This document shows, one piece after another, positions 50,709 to 64,000 of a stretch of 64,000 bases of DNA; position 1 is the first letter of the stretch; the number at the start of each line of letters is the position of its first letter. The notes below the pieces were generated by a model that ran no database searches, had not been told where the DNA came from, and worked only from the letters and a program-made list of their open reading frames with translations. The translations under genes and the position numbers were made by a program. The stretch is from Spizellomyces punctatus DAOM BR117 (taxonomy: Eukaryota), in assembly GCA_000182565.2 (NCBI GenBank), contig KQ257465.1; one strand, given 5' to 3'.

Positions 50709-52345
50709 ATGGCAAAGGGCTGGGCATGGTGGGGGCGACTAATTGTAATAGGGGTGACCCTGCTAATCGTATTTGTCCTTGTAACAACTCAGGTAAACAC
50801 TCCACTTGTCAGGTTCATTAAATCCACTTTATCGCTGTCGTAGGTCGCTTACAGTTTCCACCAGGTGTTTATATTTTGGCCTTGGCTATCGTTTCACCCC
50901 GAACGGAACCTCTATCTCTGGCTAGGGCCATTTAATGTTGGTGTCCTATCGATCTTCGTCAATTACTATCTAGGCGTAGTCACAGACCCAGGTCGTGTAC
51001 CAGCAAGTTACGACCCGCTCAAAGAGCACGACCGGGGGGAGAAGGAGGAAAGTGGAAAAGCAAGGAGACGAGGAAGACGACCAAAAAATTCTATCCCGGA
51101 TAGGGCCGTGAAGGCTAAACCGGCAAAGCCGAGATGGTGTAAGACATGTATGGTGTATAAACCACCACGGAGCCATCATTGCAGTGTATGTAATCGTTGT
51201 GTATTGAAGATGGATCATCACTGTGAGTATCCGCATGGTCTTATTACGATATTTAACATGCGATCAATGACCAACCTTCTCCAACTTCTGAAACTGCAGG
51301 CCCATGGTTAAACAATTGCATTGGCCACGCGAATCAAGCACATTTCCTTCGCTTTGTGCTTTCCGTAACATTTTCTGCTCTTTCGTGCCTCAGTCTCATG
51401 GCACTTCGTATTTGGGACTTGATTCATTATCAAAACCAAATGGAAACGGCGTACAGCACATTTCATGACAATCGTCCCAGTGCGTATTTTTACACTCCGC
51501 CACCGGAAGGTCCCGAAATTGTGTTTCTGATCATCAACCTGTTGATTCTCTTCCTTCTTCTGCTAACTGTCGGCCTACTGAGTCTGTGGCAACTCTATTA
51601 TGCATGGCAGAATGTCACAACAATTGAGAGTTTCGAAAACGCCAAAATTGAAGAACTAGTCCGCCGGGGCAAAATTGCCAGCGAAGATGTATCCGCCTAT
51701 CCATACGACTTGGGGGGATATCGCAATCTTCAGTCAGTACTGGGCAAACGGTGGTGGCTATGGTGGGTACCGCAGCGGACACCAGGGGACGGAATTCATC
51801 ACGAAGTGAACAGCACCGCACTACGGCGTGTTGCTGAGGGACATCCCATACAGTGGCCTCCAAGAGCGTATTTCGCTTACAAGAAATATCCACACGGGAA
51901 ACCTCGAAAGGGTTCTCAGGAGGATAGAATCGAAAACAGTGTATTTGGAAGCAGCCCGCGAGTTAGGCGGGGAAGTGAAGGGTACGTGGTTCGTGAATGG
52001 ACACCTGAGGAACGGAAGAGAATGGTTGAAATCGCAATGCATCGTGCCACCGTGGACGAGAATAAATTGAAGCCGCTTGTTGATCTTGGAAATACTCCTT
52101 TACCGCCTGTTGTATCCAAAGACGCCGACTCGGCATCAGAGTCAAGCGATTGGACGGCAAGTAGTTATGATGAATCTAGTGAAGAGGAGGACCAAGCATC
52201 TACGGAAGATAGCGACGATGAGGTTCTCGGGCTGCGGCAGCGGAAATATCAGGATCGGGAGGGAAAAGTCATCGTCGAACCGTTAGACTATGTGGATGAT
52301 GGGGCGGTTGAGGTTGGGTGTACAGGAAGTGTGCAGAAACGTTAA
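50709..52345 (+). CDS. PFA4: DHHC palmitoyltransferase (Pfa4-like)
   Basis: TDPGRVP, WCKTC..KPPRSHHCSVC..MDHHCPW, NVTTIE, YPYDLG. Confidence 0.9.
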
Positions 52346-52594
52346 GTATCGAAGGAAACGTAGGAAAAGACTTTGAGGGTTATCTAGTCATGTAGAAGGG
52401 TTGAAGAGAGTTCCATAGAGGTTGCATCGACACGTTCTCAAATATGAACATGCTGAGTATCACGTAAATAGGACTTCCACCAGTTTCACACAGTACTGTC
52501 AGTTCCAAATGATACCAATGTCCTGGTCAGTTGAGTGATGTACTTCGACTCTAAAACTGCTGCCTATTCATGCAAAAAGTCGTTTTTATTCAAT

Positions 52595-53725
52595 CTATAA
52601 TTTGCTCTTTGGAGCTTTGGCGGCATCGTTCTCATCAATGTAAAGCACCATTTCGAATTCCTAGTCCAAATCAAACGTGTAGGTCAATAGATGCTCACAT
52701 AGATTAGGGGGAGGCGCTTTCACACCTTATGAGCAAATCCGCACTTTTGGTAAAACGGGATGTTCTTGTCGCTACAATCCACTGTGGAGAATGCATTAGT
52801 GGCCTAGTGCTAAAAGCAGCTGCGAGACCCTTCTACCCACGGATGACTAGAAAGGAAGTATAGAATGGAAGTTAGCATCGTAGATGCGAGAGTAGAATGA
52901 TATTGCATCGACATACTTTTGTAACAGCCGGTCATTTTCCCAATGTGCTTTAGTGTTTCAATAACGCTTTTATGATTTCGTTAGAATGTTTATGTTAGAA
53001 GAAATGAAGCTAAATACTTACAGCTTTCCAAGATTCAACCCACGGTACTCTTTGTGCGTCACGATATCTGAGGAACAGAAATCCTTTAAAAATCATTCCA
53101 TGTCCTGGATTCCCTCCATTTTCCATCTCAAACCTTCGATGTGTCCGACCTGGCACATTCAAAGAGTCAGTGGTATTCAATCATCCTCGGCAATAACTGC
53201 TTCTTACAAGCCCATTGTGGTGCACAAATTTCCGTTCCACAAGAATCGTTCCAGCCCCCACAATGATCTGCTTCTTGGCATCTTCGATGACAATGGTAAA
53301 GTACCTGCCACACGGGAATGAGAAGTTCAGCTAACCGTCTTTGCACATAACGGAGACTTTCATTTGAACGCCGTACTCGTGATTATGTGCTTTAAGATAT
53401 GCGTATCGCTCTGAAAAAAGTCGAAAGCGTCAGTTCATGCGCGTTGGGGTTCGGCACGGAAAATGACGCGCAATTGAGACGCACCCATAAAGTCGCCCTT
53501 TGACATGTTTCCAACGGTAGTGAGTTGTGACAGAACATCCAAGAACCCTGAATTATTGAAAAAACAGACCAGTTAAACATGGGACAAACAACGTCATCTG
53601 CCTCTCAAAGCCTCACCTTTCTCGTAGTCACCCGCTTCAAGGGGTCGAACGACAAAGCCCTCTTTCAATTGTCTCTGGACATCTTGAGAGATGTATACGG
53701 GGTTAAATAGTGGCTGTTGTGTCAT
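52595..53725 (-). CDS. GNA1: Glucosamine-6-phosphate N-acetyltransferase, C-terminal SKL
   Basis: RPLEAGDYEKGFLDVLSQLTTVG, ERKFVH, GHIEDIV, YRGLNLGK, GCYKIILDC, FYQKCGF; last exon EFEMVLYIDENDAAKAPKSKL*. Confidence 0.92.
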
Positions 53726-53988
53726 TGGCGCTTGAGTATCGGAAATCGCGATCGCAAGATTTGGGATTGATGCAAGCAACTCAATTCACACTCGCCCTTC
53801 GAGGCGTCGTTAACGACGCTCGTACCAAAACCCAGGCGTTCCAAGCAATGTCTTGTTAATTTCCTATCTATAACCTAAAATGGTAATCCTACCCCACTCG
53901 TGTTTTATGGGTCGATCTATCTGACCTCACAGTCTTTTATCACGAGAAGGCTCATCGTAAAGTTCCTCCCAGCCGTCGCCGTTATAAT

Positions 53989-55623
<1,635 letters not shown>

Positions 55624-55745
55624 CCAGCCCATTGAACCGGAACTAAGGGCCAAGACTGTCAAACCACACTACCCTTGTATACAATATATATAAACAAATG
55701 CCGGTTCCTTCAAGCCTTCATTTCTTGAAGCAGAAATTGGATCTT

Positions 55746-56942
55746 TCAAGTGGTGTCGTCGATGTCCTCATCATCGTCATCTAGTAACCCTATGCCAGCA
55801 ACCGCACATGCAACTTTCGCGGCCAGTGCTCTACGCTCTGCATCTGGTAGTGCTTGGCCATACTCTGCAGAGACGTGGATGTTAGTTTCACATCTAGTAA
55901 GATGAACCACATGATATGACATTTACAGACCTCGGAAGCCTTGCAGAGTTTTTAGCGCATGTTCAAACCCATCATCGTCAGAATCGTCTTCAGGTGCGTT
56001 AGTTTCCAGTTTTCGAAATATCATAGCTCGCGTTTGAGAAATGTCTAAGATCGATGGCATCTCTTCTAGTGAAAGATCTGCAAACCCTAAGACTGACGCA
56101 TTAAAAAAAATGCAAATCCACGTGAGTATACTTCCTAAATACACACTTGTCTGGTCGTCATCCACGAGCCCAACTTCAGTCTTTTCTTGTATTTTTTCAC
56201 GATCATGTACGGCACGCTTTCGTACCATCCCATCCCACATGTTACTCTCCAACGCCTCAATTATGCGTTCAAATCCCACGCGGTCTTCAAATGCATCGAT
56301 CGAGGAAGGTGTGCCTTCAAGTTGGTGTAGGTCAACAAATTCTATACCATTTTCGATGCAGAATTCTTTATGGGAGTCAAGATGAGAAAGTGTGGTTGCT
56401 GTTGAACCCTGGATCACGTTGGCAATGCAGAGAGCGACGCTAGGCGTGTTTTCTGCCAGGAACGGTGTCCACACTCGTAAAGGCTCAAACGTGTCAGGCT
56501 AAATACGCGACGTATTAAGCAACTTCCGCTTTCTATATCCATCATTGCAATAGTTCGTTGCTGCGCTCTCACCTTTTGCCGATCGTATACGAATATAAAC
56601 CCATCGATAGCGTGTGCCACAACCGACCATTCCGCTGATTTTGGCTCTTCCTCTTTCGCGGTTGATATAGAGTCAACCCAGAATACCACTTCGGCGGTAT
56701 AGTACTTTGTATCAAGTGTCATGGGTATACAAAGGGGCGGTACAGTAGTTTGTGGTCCCGCTCCCAGTCGTTCTGTCCGATCATTGTGTCCCAGGATTTC
56801 TGAGGAGAATGATTTCAGTGCAATGTGGATATTTATATTGCTGCAGTTGCTGTATAAGATTACTTTTGACGAGGTCCAACTTTCCCACTCCGGGATGTCC
56901 AATGACGAGGATCTTGTTTTTGAGAGAAGGTTCCGACTCCAT
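55746..56942 (-). CDS. AAGAB: Adaptin-binding protein p34 (AAGAB/Irc6 family)
   Basis: G-protein-like N-terminus ILVIGHPGVGK, DTKYYTAEV, CIENGIEFV, RIIEALESNMW, LPDAERRALAAKVA. Confidence 0.82.
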
Positions 56943-57416
56943 ACTCGGTTGTTGGAGCGTCTGGGCGATGCGCCATGGTGCTGTCTGGGATGGAATGGGA
57001 GGCTTAGCGGCGCGCTTGATGAATTGAACCAAATATTTTTGCTTTGGTAAGGCAATGGGTGACAATATGGCCTGTCCCTTATGGTCCACAAACCCAAAAT
57101 AAGCACAGTTTGATGGAGCTGCTGACTCTACAGCTCATGAATAGGGATCTGGAAAGCTGCATTGATCATCATCAGTCGCTTGCCCTTCGCTGGGAACAAT
57201 ACAGCCGGTCGCTGAGTAATTTGGTACCCTAGTGTTTGCGTAAATATTTTCAGATAACTCTAACTCATGCGCGATAGAGGTCATCCTTGGCTAGTTGAGC
57301 TATTTTTGGTTATGCTCGCAGCTGTCGGGGAAGTTGTCCCCCATTGATCAGCTTTACAAATAAAAATAGGAGCAGGCAATTTGTAACCTCCATTATTTTC
57401 GCACACATTTACGACC

Positions 57417-59505
57417 ATGCCCGTTGTGCTCCTGACGACGCTTCTTCCACCGAATACTTACTATGGAGAAGAGGACAAACGGTGGACTTATGTTCAAGTA
57501 TACCAGGCAGTTGACCTTGTGTGGGCGGTATGGATCTTTAACTCCGTGTTCGGCAAGCTTATGCAGCGTAAGAGTACTCAAATCGTAGTAAACCGTTGTG
57601 CTTGTTTTCAACTTTGTGTTGTACTTTAGACTGGATTCAGTCTGGTCTGAATCGGCGCAACTTCAGCGACTTTGTGCTCACGCTGCTGACCATAGCATCT
57701 GTTGTGCATATGGCTGCAAGAATAGTTATGGCAATTATCGTAGTTCCATGGCTAGTTCCACTGCAGCTGTTTTTGGATCGATTCTTTGTTCTCATGGTGG
57801 TTAGTATTATGTGCCTTGATCATTGCAACCAGCCCGAGTCTCATCTTTCAATTCGGTAGATCACTGCGTACGCGGCAATATCACGGAGCTTGATTTTGGC
57901 CAGTAACACAGATGCAGCCGCTAGTACCTCCAAAGTGGATGTCTTCAAGGTGCTGTCGGTTGTTACGACGGGCCCAATTCTCCTCGCGATGATTGCACAA
58001 GTTGTAGTCGCCGCACGAGCCCCTCACAGAAATTGGGAGTTAGAGGTCCTAGTCTGTGCAGCGATCGCTATGGCATTCGTAATCGAAGCCTTCATCTTGA
58101 ACTTAGCGCGCAGTCGTGTTCAATCACGATTAAACAAAGTCAAAGCCTTCCTGTCCCCTATGCAAGCCCGACGTGAGAAACGAATGCTTAGGAAGCTGAA
58201 CTATTTGACTATGTTCACGATTTTTGGCGTGTTTCTCATGGGCGGATACGCGGTTCACCTCTGGGTATTGCATAAAGTCAACTTGGATGACCCAGCGAGC
58301 GGAAACGTCGAGGTACGGGACTCTGCCATCGTCATGGCTATGGGTTTCTTGGAACTTTTGTTTGCTGGTGTTTCTGCTGCTACCGCAGCAGATTTGTTTG
58401 ATGTCACGGAGCTCAAGCCTAGCTCGCCATTCTACAAGCTTGTCACCGCCACAGCGAGTCGTGCAGGAGTTCTGGTCAGTCATCAAGGAACTATCAAAGG
58501 ATCACAGGAGCAGAAAGAATCCCGACCGAGCTCCTCGGTAAGGGGAGCACAGTTGGAAGCCGCGCCAGCGTCGCAAGCATCACAATTATCGCAAGTATCT
58601 GCAGCAAATGAGCAGCGCGAACTTGATCTGGAAAGAGAATGGAGGACTGGTCTTCTACAAACGGCCGAGGATCAAGCCTTGTGGTGGAAGAAATTGAATA
58701 CTCTAACCTGGAAGGAATTCACAACCTTCCCGAACCCGATATCTGAGGCAGAAATTCGAATTTGGATCTTTATCATGGCATTCATATGCGCTTTAAGTCC
58801 TGTGCTGGATATTTTTGCGGGAAGTCCCGTTTTCTATTGGTTCATATTGTACGAGTTGATCGTCAGAACATTGTTTGGAATACGACTAGGTATGTGCAGC
58901 AGTGGAAATAGGCCCGAGTATCGCCAGAAATTTATCTGACGTGTGATTTCTTAAGACCCTATTGCCTACCTCGCGATGTTCGTCATTAAGCCTTATGGTG
59001 AGTTAAAACTGATGTGCGTTCCACACTTATATCAGCGGATTCACGTTATCTTTATTTCAAGTCGTTGATCGATGGGAACTAATCGAGGATTTAATGGTAC
59101 GGGAAGAGATAAACTGGACAACAACCAGAAGACTGATCTTCCTTCTTGCAACAGGTTGCCGGCCCGCCACGAAGGCAAGCGATGATTAATCCTATTCCTC
59201 CTACCTTGATGGCCACCATCGCCTGGCACTGTGGCTGGCCATACGGGGCTCGGTGGATTGGTGGTCTGCTGGCGGCTACGTGTTTCGCACAGGCTTTCTA
59301 TGATGTGTGCCTTGGATGTGCAGTCTTCTGGATCATGATCAAGCTTAAGATTGCTCCACGAGAGCAGTGCGAGGTGTGCACGGTCACGCTGGGAGCATCT
59401 GGAGAGCAATACTGCCTATCGCGTCCAAAGAAAACGAACATGACTGAGTCTGTCATCGCCCAAAAATCAGTTGTCAGTCACAGACCAACAGAGTTGGTTG
59501 ACTGA
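57417..59505 (+). CDS. 7TM receptor-like domain fused to C-terminal DUF4395-like membrane domain (6 exons, about 592 aa)
   Basis: Exons 57417-57567, 57630-57799, 57860-58889, 58956-58997, 59062-59096 and 59155-59505 join in frame. C-terminal FPNP..E..R, AGPPRRQA, CLGC, CEVC. Confidence 0.75.
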
Positions 59506-59751
59506 TGGCAGATACCTATACACGCAATACCCTTCAATAGATTAGTTTGTGGTTTGCGCTTGTCATCAGTTATAGTTAGTCTCAAGTTTAACATGGTGAA
59601 CCTGAATCAATCCTCATTTGCTCGGTCGTGTGGGCGAAACGGGCGGGGTTATTAACCTCGCTACGTCACCAATTTTTTAGCCTGTGGCACAGCATTATCT
59701 TGATATTCAAGTTCCGCTGTCTCTACCCTAGTTGCATCGTCTTGTCCAGCG

Positions 59752-61576
59752 ATGAATTCCCTAATAGCTACTTCCATCTTCATCTTGGCTGTGTCAAGCG
59801 TGCTAAGTCATGCAAGAGCAGCGCAGCTGCCTCTTTTGAACGCAGTTGTGGAAGGTAACGACAAACGGTTTGGACGATTCCTTCATATTACGGACATGCA
59901 CTTGGACCCGTAGGTACACACATTGTCACTATCGGAAAGAATTCGTCCATAAATTCCCTTCTACTGTAGCTACTACGAAGAAGGTGCACCGATAGCGACA
60001 AGTTGCCACGGAATAGCGGATGTTCTGATCGCACGGAAGAAACGACCACAAACCGACGCAACAGCAGGGAAATATGGGACTCCTGGAAGTGGCTGTGATT
60101 CCCCTCTATTACTCATCAATGAGACAATGAGATTCATTGCGGGAATATTGAACGCTGGGGACAAGTTGGATTTTGTTGTGTGGACTGGAGATTCTGCCAG
60201 GTAATCACGTGATCTAGTCGACTCCATTTCTCACCTCTCACCTTCGTCCTATTCATGAATATGAATAGGCACGATAGCGACTCGCGCATTGTACGAACGG
60301 AAGGAGAGATACAGGCGCTGAACGCTTTGGCGGTGGAGTTCCTGTTAGGAGCATTTCCGTCAGGGGGCGAGAAAGGGTCAATCCCGATCGTCCCGAACAT
60401 TGGCAATAACGATATTTGGCCACACAACGACCTGATATACACACCATCTATTCCGAACCCGACGTTAGACTTTTATGCTACATTATGGAAACCATTCATA
60501 CCCGCTGATCAGACTGAAGAGTTCCGGCGACATGGAAGCTTTGCTGTCGAGGTCGTTCCAAATGTTGTTGTTGCCTCAATCAATACCATGTACCTCAGTG
60601 ATGGGAACAAGCAAGTTGATGACTGTAGGGCATCTAAAGATGATCCGCTGGCTGCTGGAGATGATGTTCTTCAATGGCTTGCAAATGTGCTGAATGGAGC
60701 GCGCCAGGGCGGAAAGGCAGTGTATATTGCCGGCCATGTACCACCCACCCCAATCAACTTTTATCCGAACTGCTACGAAAGCTTTTCCAAACTCATGATA
60801 GATTATACAGACGTTGTTGCTGGCCAGTTTTACGGTCATATGAACATTGGTAAGCGCGGGAGCCAGCATTCTTGAAAGCAAATGTGTGCGCTAACTCCCA
60901 ATTCATGTGGATAGATCACTTCTTTTTCCCCACTCCAGCGAACGCTGTTGGTGAGGACTCAACATCGACTACCGAACAAGGGGCCATAGCGGAATCTCTG
61001 CGGGCGTATATGCCTTATTTTTCGGCTAGCTCTCTTGCCCCATTGACAGAGCCCCTTCCACCACATGCCGGAGGTACTGTAGGTACAACTATACCTAGCT
61101 GGCTCAATCTCTACTGCCATTACCTCATCAGACATTATACCGAACTGGTACATCAAGTCAAGAAGAATCCAGACCTGCGGGTACCACAGCCTGTCTTCGT
61201 GTCTCCCTCAGTGGTTCCGTCCTTCAATCCTTCCTTAAGAGTATTCGAATACCGGAAGAGCATGGGTGATGTTCAGTCTACTGTAGGCCATCTGATCGGG
61301 TACACCCAGTACTTTGCCGACATTGAGAAATGGAACAAGCGGAGCAAAATTGGGGATATGACTGTTCAAAAGGACGAATTCCCAGGATATATTTACGAGA
61401 CAGAGTATCGTCCAGGATCCTTGTATGGTTTAGAGAAATTTGATGCTGAAGAATGGTTACGATTCGGCGGACGGATGGCAGGAATTGGAGCAGACAAAAA
61501 TACAGCTGCCCAATTAAGGGAATTATATCTCGCTAATTTGGTAGTTAGACTGAAGGGGTTGAAGGTGCCGGTTTGA
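59752..61576 (+). CDS. PPN1: Endopolyphosphatase (Ppn1), metallophosphoesterase
   Basis: N-terminal signal/anchor; FLHITDMHLD, GCDSP, WTGDSARHD, NIGNND, GHVPP, YGHMNIDHF, SPSVVP. Confidence 0.9.
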
Positions 61577-61809
61577 GGTTGCATGTGCCTGGCGTGAGAC
61601 CGTTTGGCCAAGATAAACAGCAAGGTAGCTTTCGTCGCGGCCATGTATGTATCATTATGTATCATTCCTTTGCGTGTTCAGAATCATGGATAGCATATGT
61701 AAACAAGTTGAATAATATTGGGTTGCACGTAATGTTACGGCTCCTCATTAATGTTGATCATATTGCCGTTGATATATGTTTAAATGCAAATCTAACTAGA
61801 TATGTGAAT

Positions 61810-62982
61810 TTATGATACAAAGGGTCTCCCAGTTGGTGGCGGCGTTGGGAAATGCCGATACCAACAGCACAAAATGGCGTACAAACCAAAAAAGGTTGTC
61901 ATTATTCCAATGATCATCATACAGACTGTCCCAACTTCAGTCTGCAACAACTGCTGCAATCCATCGGACATTGCATCTCCGCTTTGTTGCACAGGATGAC
62001 TTAGGGCTTTGAACATCAGAACACCAACGAACAAAAAAATCCCTGCTCTGCCGGCATATCCGACATGGCCCGTGACCAGTATCACCCATTTTTCGTACTT
62101 GGTTTTGCATTTCTCCCAATTGATCTCATAGTGCCATTTTTTAGTTAATGCGTTCTGGAGCTGAATCGCACAAGCGATCGAGAAAGCTATTCCCATGAGG
62201 ACCAACGCTGTTCGGCCAAGGGCACTGTCCCTCCAACAGTTTGGGTAACAACTTGGAGCAGAGTCACGATATCGCTGCAGAAGAACTTGCAGTAGGTACC
62301 CGGAATATCCTACATACACGCATCCTGACACAAACGGGGCCAGCCGAAAAGAAAAGAAGTTTTTAAACTTGGAGTAGTTCGCATCGCGGCCTTGGTACGT
62401 TGCGCATTCCCAGAAGCGCCAGATCGAGTAGCACCAGAGTGCTAATGGAAAAGATGAGATATGAGAGCTCTCAATGAGCAATGTGCGAAAGGTGAAGTGC
62501 TGAGGCATCCAACCGTACTTACCTATGAGGAGGATGAACAAGAAACTAGATCCGGCTGGGAAGGTACCAATGAGAATGAATGCACCCTAATAGGTGAACC
62601 AACTTGAGCCCATTATTTATCCTGTCAATTTGGCCTCTTATGCACGTACCTTTGGGCTTTCCCCATAGTCCTCATCGTTATGCAGCCTACTTGCACTTGC
62701 ACATGTCATTCCACCAATGAACCCGTAAACAATGCCTTTGGCGGCAAAACCGAGCGTGCCCACAAAAGTCTCGAGCCGTATCCATCGCGGACTGACTCCA
62801 TGTGGATGCCGTAGACGGTAAACGCAATAGCAACGAAGAGGACACCAGCGATAGATGCTGCAACGACTTCGGTCTTTGTCTGAAGGCGACGTTGACGGTT
62901 CAACATCGATCGTTATACTGGAGGAAGATGAGGTGGGGACAGGTGTGGGTTCTGGGGTTGCTGGATAACTCTCTTTGCTCAT
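61810..62982 (-). CDS. DUF1206-like integral membrane protein (3 exons)
   Basis: Repeated GFAAKGIVYGFIG / GYAGRAGIFLFVG units followed by L...G..hydrophobic helices, YSIWRF and FFGLY. Confidence 0.7.
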
Positions 62983-63589
62983 TTTTTTTGGCTATTATGG
63001 TGGCGGTTTATCTACAAAATAAAGTTTTAGCGTCGAGGAAAGGTTTGACAAACTATCAAAATACTAAGTGTGAAGAAACGCAGACGCTGACATCACAGGA
63101 ACCGGCTATGTGAGTACGTAAGCAATTCCAACCTTTATGGGGAATTTTGGATTAACCTTACATGAGGGTTAACTTTTACACTATGCCCATCCGCCGGGCT
63201 TTCGAGGTCCTTCCTACGTATATGATTTGCGGTGCTGAGCAGTATGAGAAATCTTAGGGGAGGAGATTTCCAATCCTCAAAGGGAGGGGGAACGTTACTT
63301 GATGACATGACAGCTCGCACGAAGAGAATAATAGAGAATAATAACGAACCAATCTACTTGCAAACAAAGCAGCATACGGCAATGGTCGCTTTATCGATTG
63401 CAGTGCAACGCTTTGAGCTCGTTCAGGTCTGCTTTCAAGTAGTGTCATGGCAAGTGATGGATTGTCCAACTATGCCTCAATTGCTTAGTCGCACTCTTTC
63501 CGGTTGTAATGCGATTTTGATTTTTGTTGGCGGGTCCAAGAAAACCAACCATCTAGCTCCGACCCTTGTTCTGCCAACAACCTTTGACC

Positions 63590-64000
63590 ATGATCTCGTC
63601 ATTAGTCTGGGTGCGAAAAGGTGCTGCACAGCAAATTCCGGACCGGTACCGTCTTACAGACGAAGAGTTCTCAAGTCTAGCGGACAGGATCGGCGCCCAA
63701 TTGGAAGATGCACGTGAAGGATTGGAGGACGCCAAAAATGTGGATGTGACTATGGACGACGATATTCCAGATCAGCAGAAAGTTCAGACCGCTGGAAATG
63801 AAATGGATGAGGAATTGGCAGAATATAACCTAGACACATACGACGATGATTCGGAACCTGAAGAAGAAAATTCGACAGCCATACCTCTCTTCAGTAAAAT
63901 TCAAGGGTTAACGTACCACGGCAGCAATGACGAGGACCCATATGTCACAGTGAAAGATCAAGAAGATGAGAATGAAGAACTTCGTGAGATGGAGATCATG
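63590..64000 (+). CDS. PWP1: Pwp1 WD40 ribosome-biogenesis factor, N-terminal part (truncated by window edge)
   Basis: MISSLVWVRKG..PDRYRLTDEE, ELAEYNLDTYDDD, YHGSNDEDPYVT. Confidence 0.88.
   Translation, partial: MISSLVWVRKGAAQQIPDRYRLTDEEFSSLADRIGAQLEDAREGLEDAKNVDVTMDDDIPDQQKVQTAGNEMDEELAEYNLDTYDDDSEPEEENSTAIPLFSKIQGLTYHGSNDEDPYVTVKDQEDENEELREMEIM

Noticed and set aside
8346-53725. Peroxisome gene cluster (b5-ACAD, PEX10, GNA1)
   Set aside because: Dispersed among unrelated housekeeping genes; chance is sufficient
63232-63717. 161-aa + strand ORF
   Set aside because: Overlaps the real PWP1 start (63590) in another frame; no recognisable motifs

Overview
Gene-dense eukaryotic DNA with about 33 protein-coding genes, most split by short (about 50-80 nt) GT-AG introns with CTRAC-type branch points. 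Gene content and intron style point to an early-diverging, probably zoosporic (chytrid-like) fungus. This is an inference from fungal-type genes (GUP1, PPN1, PFA4, NEM1) occurring alongside genes typical of animals and flagellated lineages (KBP, RPAIN, CHTOP, a rhodopsin-class GPCR). Most genes are housekeeping: PIF1, RIC8, a PPR protein, CTR, TTI2, mitochondrial ThrRS, CLPX, COQ8, TRF4, RPP21, ACOT13, RanGAP, UBC6, PEX10, GNA1, class III ADH, AAGAB and PWP1. The most unusual items are: (1) a 5-exon animal-type opsin-like GPCR that keeps the E113 counterion but lacks the retinal-binding lysine and has Arg at position 181; (2) a 7TM receptor-like domain fused to a bacterial-type DUF4395 module with two CxxC motifs, near a DUF1206 gene; (3) GNA1 and a cytochrome b5-acyl-CoA dehydrogenase fusion, both ending in a PTS1; (4) an SLC25A46/Ugo1-like protein with its carrier loops deleted; (5) a within-exon C-to-G skew that weakens after about 15.9 kb. 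I recognised no tRNA, rRNA, CRISPR array or mobile element. Gene models were spliced by hand, and family names come from motif recognition, not database searches.
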